From the NCBI RefSeq assembly GCF_008831285.2, contig NC_045138.2:42842001-42906000 (forward strand): a stretch of 64,000 bases of DNA. The letters are read 5' to 3'. The notes under the pieces are model-generated. The model ran no database searches, had not been told where the DNA came from, and worked only from the letters and a program-made list of their open reading frames with translations. This DNA is from Nymphaea colorata (taxonomy: Eukaryota). Of this stretch, positions 41,501 to 53,469 are shown piece by piece. Numbering within the stretch: the stretch's first letter is position 1; every line of letters starts with the position of its first letter. The position numbers were made by a program, and so were the translations under genes.

Positions 41501-42001
41501 ATGCCAATGACAGACAAAGAATCCCTGCTCTTTGGCCTTAAATACATAGTACTACACACTAATGACGGTGATCTATTTGTTCCTGTCTTCTGCAATCTCA
41601 ACAATGTTCCACATGAGATTGAAAGATAAATCAACATCAAGGCAGCTCTTGATGAACAAGTTGAGTAGGAATACATATCAAAATTGATAGATTCATAGCA
41701 TGAAACCGAATGCATAGAAGAACATCAACAAAGACTTCTGGAGCACACCGTACCAAACATTGATGATGAGCATGAAGACAGACATGATCACCCAGACCAT
41801 AACAATGATTCCTCATGTAGTCATGCCACATGCCATCTACCCAAGAAAATTTGCATGAAGAAGATTTAGGTAGATGAATCATGCCTAGCCATCTTATGAA
41901 AATCTAACAATCTATCAAACAGATAGAGGTGTCCCTTTCAATTTAAGGAAGCAGAAGTTGGCATGTCTTCCTACCATTCTTCACCAAAGAAGATGTCCAA
42001 G
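35590..42001 (+). mobile_element. Endogenous pararetrovirus (Caulimoviridae) copy 1, circularly permuted and decayed
   Basis: 30K movement protein core YKFVHLGQIDVLVR...LLDVRH...QPNFMMSL (from ~35600); CP zinc knuckle CFACKRKGNYANKC 37499-37540; protease AFIDTS 38154-38171; caulimovirid RT FIVRNHINMKIGKTRMVV...KIFSNFDCK...FVDN (38690-39300); RNase H STDASN (~39580); PBS TGGTATCAAAGCC 41050-41062. No LTRs or integrase. Confidence 0.92.
41050..41062 (+). promoter_or_regulatory. tRNA-Met primer-binding site (minus-strand origin) of the endogenous caulimovirid
   Basis: TGGTATCAAAGCC preceded by a pyrimidine-rich intergenic tract and followed by ATG at 41087; not adjacent to an LTR. Confidence 0.85.
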
Positions 42002-45000
42002 CCAAAGGGAGAAAGCGAGAAGGGGAGAAGGAAAGAAGAGAAGGGACGAAAGGGAGAAGGCTAAGGAGAAGGAGGAGGGTGCTACAGTGCTGTTACAGTG
42101 ACGATCAATGATACAATACTTTGCAGAAAGCTACTTTGGATTCATAGGGATGAGGGTTCACAGTTGTGCAAAACCATTAAAGGCTTGCCATTGGATAATA
42201 AAACCCAATGTTTGAAAAGACGGATCACACTCGACTTGATGGCAAAAGACTGATGCCTTGTAATGGGCTCGACAACTTCGATTCATACCAAGTTGTTTAT
42301 ATATAATGAAAACACATCAATAATTAAGTGAATATGTTCATTTGACAAAAGTAAAGCTGACAGATGCACACTGACAAACACATGCATAATACAAACAAAA
42401 GATGAAGTGACCATTTTCGCTGCATTATGGTGCGAACAATAGTGTATGAGATTTGGTAACTTTACAACAAATGACACATATATATGGACAAATGACTCGC
42501 CATTCCACTTATGTCTTCAAATATATTCTCACATGAGTTTGTTGGAGTTTTGGATTTATTTTTTTGTCTTACTAGTCCCTGCTTCAGACTCCAATATTCT
42601 TCATACATCAGTTTCATGGTTGGGGCATAAGCTTTTTGTTTGAATTTGACAATTCCAACGCTTGCGAATTTCTCTAGTGGTTTGCTCCAATAGTGTACAA
42701 CTTTCTTCAATTTTTTTTATTATTGACATATTTTTATAGATGAGATATTCATCTTGGAAGATTGTTACTTCTGATAGTCGATGAAGTTGATCCTCTAAAA
42801 TTTTCAACAAAGTGTTTCTTTACATCCGGGTCCTGCAATAAAATAAAATAAAAAATCTCTAGGAACAAGGTTAACATACAATTGATGTTGATGGACTATT
42901 AAGTTATCCATGATATTTTTCTTAACATCCGAAGATAATATTTCAACTTCAAATAATGTCTATGTGAGATTGTTTACAATGTAGGTAATCTTCCTACTCT
43001 TGTGTAATAGAAATCTAGTTTTCAATATTTGCCTTTTACTACATCTGCAAATTCTATCTACCTACCAACCCTCCCAATGCCACCTTATTGATCTCATCAT
43101 TTTGCTTTCTCTGGCGAGTGTGTGTGAAATCATATTAAGATATCAAAAATTGCCGCCATGCAAACCTTTACAGCTTTGGATTGTTAGTAATTTTTTTTTT
43201 AAAGCAAGGCTGACAGATTTTGTGAATCTGTCCTCAGAATAAACTTTTCCTTGATCAGATAAGGATGACTTTTTTCTAATCCTCTAATTGTCGTAAGAAC
43301 TTCTTTTGTGACACTAGTAGGTGATTTTATTGGACTTGAACTATATGCTTGTATAAAAGCACACTTTTTCTTTATTGTCTTCCTTTTTGAGGAGAATGAC
43401 TGCCCATGTATCATTGGATGCATGTGTTGACCGGACAAAATGCCTGAAAAATGCTGGTTCTAATTCTGGCAATTTCTGGCATTTCTCTTTCAAAGAGGTT
43501 GTTGCTGTTGTGGCTGCTTTATTCAATTCGTAGTGTTCTTGGTTCATTACTTTTTGAATTGCATGTGTTTTCTATATGAGATTTTGAATATAACTTCCTG
43601 CACAGTTTAGGCATCTAGTTTTTCTTTTAGTTGATTTGAGAATTGTTCAATATTTTTTTGAAGATGGATTTTTGTCTCTTTGAGTTTGATGTCAAGAAAT
43701 TCTATTTCTCGTTTTGTAGTTTGGAATTTATCTTCACATTTTAATAGTCCAATGCCATGTTTTACACATATCTCAACTAAGATCTTTAGATACTGCGGAT
43801 GTTTTTCCATCATCTGCAAGACTATTAAAAAACCATCAATATATTATAAAATCCTACCCTCTAAAAATTCCATCCATTCTTCATTGAAATTGTGATGATG
43901 CATTCTTTAAGACTGAATGGCATGGCCAATCATTTATACAAACCAAATAGATTGTAGAATGCTATTTTATGTATGAGTTGTTTTGCAATCTTAATATGGT
44001 GATGTTCAGATTTACAATTAAACTTTGAAAATATTTTTTCTTAGGCTGCCCTTTGTATCAATATTTTCTTGCTGGGCAACAAGCACTCTATGTCAACAGT
44101 CCTGTTGTTTAGAGAAATATAATTGATTACTATTCTTGTTTTTTCTCTTTTCATCTCTGCGTGATTCCTTACTATGATGCTTTCTCTTGCATAGTGTAAT
44201 TTTGATTTTCTGATCATGTCTTTGTCTTCTAATTTCTTGATTTGATTAACAATTTTTTTGTCTAGTTTAGACCATATAATTGGTCTGGTTTTTATGTGAA
44301 TGTTGTGCACAATGGGTATGTGTGTTGTTGGTGAATCTTTATCCTAAAACTGTTAGGATTGTTCTATGCAACATGATTTCAGTAAATCAACTACTTAGGT
44401 GGATTTTGGAAGTCAATCTATTCTTTGTCCTGGTAGTAGATTTATGACTTTAATAGCTTTGATTATCTCTACTTCTTCAAATTCAAGTTCTTGTTTCATA
44501 ATTTGAAGTAGAGTAATTTCCTTTGCCTTGGCCTTTTCTTGTCTTCCTTTGCTTTGCATTCTTTTGAAAGAGGCACACAAACATGACACTACTTGTTGTT
44601 CTTTTTCGATTATGAAGACTATACAGTCTTTGCAAATAGTGTATGGACTAATTTCATCTAATGTAACTAATCTAAGCTCGACGTCATTCCGACATGATCG
44701 ATCTGTACAAAGTTGTTTTCTCTTTTACTTTGGTATCTTTAGTATAATATAGTCAGTTACTAATGATATCTTTTTTGTAAAAATTCATGTTCACACCTGT
44801 ATCAAAGAAGGCTTTTTTTTTCCTCCTTTTACCCACAACTATTTGAATTGGAATAATAACGAAAGTGTTGGATAGGACATCTTTTTTATTTGCCTTATCT
44901 CTGAATTTTTAAGACTATTTTTTGGTGTGAAATTTCAAAAGATAATAGGAGTTGTATGTTTCTCTTATATAGACTTCTCTACTTTCTTTAAGGCTGCCCA

Positions 45001-48000
45001 CCTTTTTTGGTGCTTGGAGATATAGAAATTTCGTCATTTGAATAGATTTTTTTCTATCTTAGAATCTGATTCTTCTGAAAGTGATTCCTCTTAGTATATG
45101 GTCTTTTCACTACTGCCACTATGGATGATTCCATATATGTTGGTTGATGCAAAATTATTGCAAAATTCATTTCTACAAACTCTGACTTTTTTTGAACTAT
45201 TACACCTTCTTATTTCTTTTTTGGCACAATGCAGATTCACCCTTTTGCTATTGAAGATGTTTATGAAATGTTGATGATGCCTAGTGTTTCATTGTCTTCT
45301 TCAACTTTCTAGTTGAAACACATTCTTGTTTGAGAGACACTCTTCAAATTTATCCTTGTTTTCTTTTAAATCACAATCTTGCTCAATCTCTAGGGATACA
45401 AATATCATCTTGGTTTGTTTAGGAGCTCTGCTAGGGCATTTGTTAGCATAATTGCCCTTATTTTTGCTTGTGAAACACTTGTAATATTCTTTTTGTTATT
45501 GTTTCTTCTTCTTGAGAAGAATGTATAGAGCTTGAACTACATATTTGTTTTGGTTCTCTTGAACATTGGCTTGAACCTTCTTGCAGATTATGTTCTTCAA
45601 CTCCATCGATTTAGCTACATATATTTTTTTCGACTTTGGGCAATTCATTTTTTGCTCCAATTCTGTAACATAACTTTTTGATCTCTTATCGGACTATCTG
45701 TTGTAGATCTACAAAGGTTAAACTTTCTACCAATACATTTTTGTGGGATAGCTCATGCAGTACCATATGGCTGAGTGATTCTAGCAAAGAGGCTGGGAAG
45801 GACATATCAATTGTTTGCAGCGATCTTTAAGCTTTCTTTTTTGTGAACATAAGCCAGTCCGATGATTGGTGTGCTAGCAGGTTGGGTTGAAACTCTAAAA
45901 TTATTTTGTTTCTCAATATTGCTAAGTTTTTTTGCACGGTCACTTGCTTTTTTGAGTCTGCTAGAAACTTCCACTAGTTTTTTTCTCGGCTTGAGAAGGT
46001 GAAGGGTAGTATTTTCCATACACTTTTTAGAGACATCATTTTCTGAGTAGCGACCATATATAGCTGTTGAGTCTATAGTCGAATTACTTCTGTGACTTTG
46101 ATTGCTAGGCATGTATCGATGTTCATAATTGATATTTCTAATCCTAGTGAAATCACATGTTTTTTAACCTTTGATAGTCGATTTAGGTTGATTCTAGAAC
46201 ATCCTCATATGGTCTTTAGAATCCTCCTGGCATGAGATAAAAATCTTTGCATGTCGAAGGTTTTGGTTGACTACAAAAAGAGTAGGGGCTAATCTCTTTG
46301 AACGACAAATTTTTAGAATGTGCTTTCCAAGCTTCTCTTTCTCATGTGTTAAACTCTTTTTTTTTAACTCTTTTTTCTCCATGTTTAAGAGAGACTTTAG
46401 TGTTTCCATATTATCATGGATAGCTTGGTGTTGTTCTTTAATCCTCTTGAAATGTTTTTCTGCATGTTCTTTAAGCTTCTTGAAGTGTTTTTCTGTATAT
46501 GTGCTTCAATGGATAAGATAGTTGAGTTACCTGGTATTGTTATCTTGTGTTTTTGGTGACTTGGCCGAGTGTAGGAGTAGACAGCTTACGTCTACAGTGA
46601 ATTTAGTCATTCCATTATGGACTTCATCTGTCGTGGTGATAGTATAGGCCATTTTTAGGGAGCCACTCTCCACCTAGGACATAATTTAGTCTTTCCACTC
46701 TTTCTACTTTGGGTGATGTCATCATCATCATTTTTACTGCAGACTCCCTGTTAGGGGATGATTTCGCCTTGGTATTGGACTACTAGTGTGCATGTCTTTC
46801 AAATATTTTGAGAACATGCCATTCTAGGTTTTATTTTCTTTGTACTTTTGGTGTTGTAGAAACTCCCTGATTGCTAAATACTCTTGTAAAAACCCTTCAT
46901 TTGTGATCTTCATTCTTGCTTGCACAATATTTTTGTCCATGGATAGAGAAAAGTTTATTCCATTGTCCTGCTTGAAACTGGTGATGGTGTTCTGGAGAAG
47001 ATTAATGGTCCAACTCGAGGCTATGGCAACATATATTGACCTGACAACCAAATTTACCTATTTGATATAGACACAAAGGACGAATGCTTTTAGGAAGTAG
47101 GGATCTTGTAGTGATTGCATGAAGTTTGGGTATACACAACATACTCCATCCTTTAATAGTTCTCTTGTAAATTGACAAATAAGTGCTTCCCTCAAATCAA
47201 CATGGTGAACGTCTAGCAGTGATATTAAGTATGATACTTTTTAACTCATACTTAGAACGAGGCTTCACCAACATGTTGACTTGTCCCAAATGAGCAAACT
47301 TGTATTTTTTGATATCCACCCTTGGACCAATTCTTTGATGAAGAATGGTAGGAAGACGAGCCAAATTCTACTTGCTTGAATGGAAGGTGATGCCTCTGTC
47401 TATTTGACAGATCATTGGATTTTCATAAGATGGATAGGCAGAAGATAGATGTCATTCTTCTTTATTCCAGTAAATGATACCTCTTTGTTTTCTTCAAATA
47501 ATTTTGCCTCATGTTCAATAAGGGCAGAGTGGATGTCAGATAGTTTTATGGAAGGTCCTGCTCTAGAGATAGAGTATCTGTACTCGGGACAACATGTTCA
47601 TCTATGAGAGTTTGGGTTCATTTCAGCTATATCATGATTCTTCTACCCAAATCTTTTTCATGTAGATTTTTTGGGGTAGATGGCATGTTGCATGACTACC
47701 TGAGGAATCATTGTCATGGTCTGCATGACCATGTCTGTGTCCATGCTCCTCGTCACTGTCTAGCATGGTGTGCTTAACAAGTCTTGGTTTCTGCTCTTCG
47801 AAGCATTCGATTTCATGCTCTGAATCTATCCATTTTGATATATCTCACTCGTTTCGTTCATCGAGAGCTACCTTGATGTGGATTTCTCTTCTAATCTCAT
47901 TTAGAACCTTATTGAGATTGTAGAAGACGGGAACAAATAGATCACCATCATTAGGGTGTCGTGCTATGTATTGAGGCTAAAGAACAGGGGCTCTTTTTGA

Positions 48001-48228
48001 GTCATTGACATAAAGTATCCTCCCCAAACAATACTTTCTTGAATGCAGCAAGTTGGTCCTTGCCATTCTTCAATAGGGGTTGGATCGTTCCATGATGGAA
48101 GCATTGCTTTCTTCAAGGAAAAAAGGACTTTGAGTTTGCTCCGATGATCTACTAGCGAGCTTTGGGACAGTTGTGAGACTTCTACGCACTTGTACTTGTT
48201 GGTTCGTTTTGCCACTCCCTTAGGATAG
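42002..48228 (-). mobile_element. Endogenous pararetrovirus (Caulimoviridae) copy 2, inverted and decayed
   Basis: Reverse-complement homolog of copy 1 (~85% identity in one 104-nt block aligned by eye): MP YKFAHLGQVNMLVKP (~47305-47260); knuckle CFTSKNKGNYANKC 45436-45477; protease DTG 44795-44803; RT IIVRNHAEMKREKTRIVINY (ORF 44041-44310) and YIDG; RNase H THASN. Confidence 0.92.
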
Positions 48229-48274
48229 ATGTATATATATATATATACATATATATATATACACACACACGTTG

Positions 48275-48340
<66 letters not shown>

Positions 48341-48388
48341 TGTGCATCTCTGTATATATATATATATATGTATATGTGTGTGTGTGTA
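48229..48388. repeat. Compound (TA)n/(CA)n/(TG)n microsatellite; right flank of the viral locus
   Basis: Direct reading; begins immediately after the last viral base. Confidence 0.95.
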
Positions 48389-48666
48389 GTAACTCCTCGT
48401 AGTAAGATGTGATCAGCTGAACTTGGATGACATCTACAAATTCAAATTCACGTTCTGATTAGGAATGAGAGTAAGAAAGTGAGCAACTATAAGGCTGAAA
48501 AAGAAATTCAAGATGTAGCTTAGTTGGGAGATTCTAAATCAGCTCCTATCAGACCTACAAATGTGGTTGGAATCAAAATTCACCTTGTTGATGTTATAGT
48601 CGAGGATGGTGGTGGAGAAATATTGTGAGATCGAGTGGTATTAGAGGGCCACTATTGCATGCAAGT

Positions 48667-48897
48667 GAGGACGTTAATATATCCAATTTGAATCGGATAT
48701 CCGACCGAATCATTTCAAAAAAGTATATATAATATGAAAAAATTGAATATCCAATTAATAAATTCGATCGGATTTGTATTTAAGAAATGACATTTGATTG
48801 GATTCGGATTCAATTGGGATATACATAAATATCTGATCGGATTTGGATTCTGATTTGGATTCCAATCATATTTTCTTTTAGTATTGTATTTGATCCC
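48667..48897. mobile_element. MITE-like fragment with GGATT/ATCGGAT subterminal repeats
   Basis: Repeated ATCGGATATCCGA, GGATTCGGATT and ATCGGATTTGGATT motifs; complete TIR/TSD not found. Confidence 0.45.
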
Positions 48898-48949
48898 AGA
48901 TATATGTGAGCATGTGAAATTCCTTTCAATTATAAGTCCTAGTGCAAAC

Positions 48950-51900
48950 AAAAAATCCACATATTACATGATGACACCTAGATGGCTCTGTGGTTTGGAC
49001 AACAATCACAACCTAATGATTTAGAACAGTTAATCTAGTCAAAACAAAGATAGGTCCCATCACAATCATGATTTTTGTTTACATGCAAAATTTCATAATC
49101 ATGCATATGACCGATCAAATGGAAAAAGTTCAAAAGAAGTATACTTTCCTCCTTATCTCTTTCAAAAAGTTACGAGAAATAGGATCTAACCTTTGATACA
49201 AGATTTGAGCATTCCTGACACCTTATCCAGAGTAATAAAATCAATGACTAGAGTAAAGGTTCTAGATGCTAAATTGCAATTGTCATTTAGATCGTAGTGT
49301 GCCTTGAATTTGAAAAAGATGATATTTTGGAAGGTCTAAATGAATCATCAAAAATTGAAGTGCATGGATTAAAGGAATGTATATTAGGAACCAAGTATAT
49401 TAACATGAAATTTGGTAGAAAGACTCTCTACTCGTGGGGGCGGGGAGAAGGAACTCCATGTGGTAAATTTGGAAAATTCTTTTAGGATTTAAAAGATATA
49501 AGGTTGGAATCATATGATAAAAATTAAGAATTGCAGAAAACAAAATATGAAAGCAAGTTAATGATGTACATTTGGTCTAACCAAAAACCTATCAACTTAG
49601 ATTAATCTGAAAATTGGTCTGTAGACTCACATAATAGAGAATCAACATGACATTACAGATCATAAAAAAAAAGTAGAAAAAAAAGTTATGACTTTTTTTG
49701 AACTTAAAGCAGAAATATAAACAACAAAAAATAATGAAAACAAAACCTATTACATGACTCCTTGACCACATTTGGAATGAATGAAAGTGTATCAAATCAA
49801 CTTATTTTTCCTAAAATTTGGTCTATAGATTTTCACATAACAAAAAATCAATAGAAGATTGAAATTTGCAGAAAAGACTAAAAAACGCACATGCACACAC
49901 ACATGCACAGGCACTGAGAGAGAGAGAGAGAGAGAGGACATAACAAAGTTGGTAAAAAATAAGATTATGCAAAGTTCTGTAGAAACTTGCAAAAAAATAG
50001 TTCCGAATAAATCACCTAATTGGCAACACAAATCAACTTAAAATTGACTGAATTTTTTTTTTGGAGGAACTAGAAACATAGATTTGAGTACTCTCTTTTA
50101 TAGAATGCCAATCAGAGTTTTCATTGAATGTTGTGAAGTTCACGAGTTAGGGAAATTTCAAGGACTAATTTGTACAGTTTAGAAGCAAATGTAGGCCCAA
50201 ATGAGCTTAGAATTTGATTAAATTTGGGAAACTCGTTCCTTTATGAATTATTAATACGATTCCTGGTTAGAGAGATATAGCTTCTTGAAGTTTGGCAAAA
50301 TTATGAAATTTAGGCAATTTTTGCATCTTCTCAAGAAGATGCATCTCTAAAGCTAGAGAACATGTAAAATGCCAAATGTCATGACCTCAAGCTTGCAAAC
50401 CATTAATTTAATCATTTTTATGCTAAACAGGAAGAAAATAATAGAAATCACACACATACATGATGAAAGAGAAAGAGGTCAATCTTGCCGCGACTTCTTC
50501 TCCTTCTTCTTCTCCTAATTGGGATGTTTAGTATGATTGTGACATGTGTTCTTGAGAGTACAAGGTTAAATAGGACTGTGACTAGTGTCCTTGAAAGTGG
50601 GAGATTCAATAGCATTGAAGTTGGATGTAAACCTTAGATTGAGATACAGGTTCAGATTGCTCTCAAGGTTTGGAGACAACTAGATTGAGATCTACACAAG
50701 AATTTAGATCTAGGGCTTGGATCAAAAGTCTAAATTGATATGAATTGAGAAATTTGATCTAGAGATCTGAAATTATTATTTGGATCTGAATCAAAGGAGA
50801 TTGTCAATCCAAATCATGATTCTAGGATCTGAATCAAGGATCTGAGGTCAGCGCACCCAGACTGGGCTGATTGTGGGGTGTGGGGGCTCAGACTCAATGT
50901 TTGAGAGGTGGACCTAGGGTTCATCTAGGTTTAGACTCAATTGGATGCAAGTCAGATTGTGCTTAAGTCAAATTGGGTTCAGTTATGTTCAAATAGCTTG
51001 GCTTGAACATGGTTGAGTTTAGTTCTAAGCAGGCTCAGACCTTGCATGAGCCCTACTGGGCTTAGGTCTGGCGTAAAAATGAGGTAGGTTTGGTTCATGT
51101 AACTCCAAACTTAGGTTTATGCAAAAGTTATGTACACATGTGTGAATGACAATTTTGCCCTTGGGACAAAACTTGGCTCTATAAGGCGGGGTAGGTGGTT
51201 TGACCACACTGAGACATGGGGTAGGTTTAGTCCTACGTATGTGCCAAGTTTGACTAAAAAATTCCTTAATGTGCCCTCAGACAATCAGATGTTTTCAAGA
51301 TTGACCTAGCTAAAATTGATCCTATAAATAGAATGTTAAAATGGAAAATAGGGATTCTGACTTTGTTTGTGAAAAATGAATACATTGATACTCTTCGAGT
51401 AACGTTGAATCCATTGGTGTGCTTGAATTTGAAATTGGCCTCCCAGATATCTTAAAAGTTAGTTCAAAAGTCACTAGTGACACTATCTTGACATGGACAC
51501 TATAGGAGTGACTAGAAAACTATAATTGTGGTCAATCTAGATAAAATTGTTCGAACTAAACTTAAGAATAGTCAATCCCACACTAAGAATATGATTCTAG
51601 CTCCATTGGGTTGACTCGCTCAACTTGGGTATGAATAGTGATCAAATATGTGAAAATGAAAAGATGGGACACCATTTCGTAAAAATGGTTGTTCTAACAA
51701 TGTAATTCAAATTTGAAAGCTAGAAATACTATCTTGACACTACAGAGAATCTATGGCAAGTCGGATATGGTCTATAGGTTTTCTGATGATGGCAAATAAG
51801 CAATTTCTTGACGATTTCTGACCAAATATAAGTTGGTGATCTTACTTTGAGACTTCCTAGAAATTTGTGGAGATGAAAATAGTCCTAATTGATCTTTGTA

Positions 51901-52165
51901 AAGCAATTCTTTGGATTTCCATGACTTTTCTTAGAAAATTAAAGGATAATGGGATAAAATGGGTTATCATGGGCAAAATGGTCATTTTTTAGGTGATGAC
52001 AATCTGGGTGATCTAAGTCCTGGTGTTAGATATCTTGAGCAATATGACTTGATCTAGTGTAGCTCAGGGCCCCCACATTTGAAATTCTTTCCTAAAACTA
52101 GTTCAAAGTCCTCTTTGTGAGCTGTAAAATGGTCATTTTTTATTGTAAAATTTTGGGTGTCTACA
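48950..52165 (-). mobile_element. 5' part of a long LTR of the same family as 17792-23449, inverted
   Basis: Minus strand starts TGTAGACACCCAAAATTTTAC...AAAATGACC at 52165, matching 17792; 50930-51110 resembles the reverse complement of ~19210-19370. Left boundary approximate. Confidence 0.65.
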
Positions 52166-53469
52166 ACATGTTAGTGAATAACTATTTAAGATGCCTTAGG
52201 CGAATGAACATTTCTGCATTTTGCACCATAGCCCTAGGCTTATGTGTTCCATAACCCTTTCTATTCCCTTTAGGGTGCTGTTGAGGGCTTGTGTTATCAA
52301 GTTGAGTGTCTCCTCGAGCCCAACACATGCACTAGATGACATCTAGAAATATAATTGTTTAGGACAGCTGACTGTCCCAAAGGTCACTGACTCAACATTT
52401 AACTGTATGACTGATTGTGGTCAAGGATGTGTAGACGGCTGGGTGGGGGTACCTACCTTTGAAATCTGATGAAAACTAATGAATTCGTGTTTGAATAAGA
52501 TACCATATAATATGTGGGCCAGTTGAGTAAGGTGTTTCATGTCAATGAATCCTCGTCTACTCATGTAAGACCCAGGTATCACTGTGTTGTTCATTCGGTC
52601 TCCTGTTTCCTCAACCTGAGTGTCTTAAAGGAGGTCGAACATCTCCACTTGGAACAAGTTTTCCTTGATAGACTGTTTTATCACTGCAATGAGTACAAAT
52701 CTATAGTGCTTCAGGCCACCCTAAGAGTTGCCTCCCAACCTAAGGTCACCCATGCTGTGCATGTATTTGTGTTTGCATCCACAAGAGTTACCAACTAGAC
52801 ATGGAAATGTGAAGGTTTGTTTATATCTATTAATAAGTTGTGCAATTGAAGGCATTGATTGGAACGCTAATTGTGTAAAGTTGTGAAGTATAGCCTATCG
52901 AAGTAGTTGTGTAGATCATTGCATTGGGTTTTGTATAGATCATTACATTGGGTTCTACCTATAGGATATTTAATGATAGATTATCTTTGTGCATGTCTTT
53001 ACTGCAAGTATATGTGGTTCTGATCCATTATGTCTTAGATTCCAAACTTAGACCTTTACCCTAGAGGGTTAGGAATTTATCTGGTTTGCTGTTATACTAT
53101 TAAAGGCTCAACTTTGCATTTTTGTCTACTCAGGTCCCCTATAGATCCTGGTAATAGGAAAATGGAAGGCAAAGCTCACATCTGACTGGGAGTTTTCATA
53201 GTGTCATGTTCAAGTGTCATGTCAGGATTTTGTGTTCCATGTTGTCATTCTTTTTAGAAAACTTGATGTGTCATGTTTTTGGAACAATATCAGTCATGGT
53301 CATGTAACTTGTTTTTATTTTGCATCTCATGTTCATGTTTTGATTATTGTGAATGCCACCCTGGTTTTTTTTTTTTTTGTTCGTCTCCACAAATGATCTT
53401 TTCAAATAAAAGGGGTAAATTTTGGATGCAACATGACCTGCTAAAATATTGTTGTTGCTAACCATTTCT

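Noticed and set aside
38672..44310. RT/RNase H fragments as a Ty3/gypsy retrotransposon
   Set aside because: No LTRs or integrase; the 30K movement-protein core and VRNH..KR.K.R type RT motif indicate Caulimoviridae.
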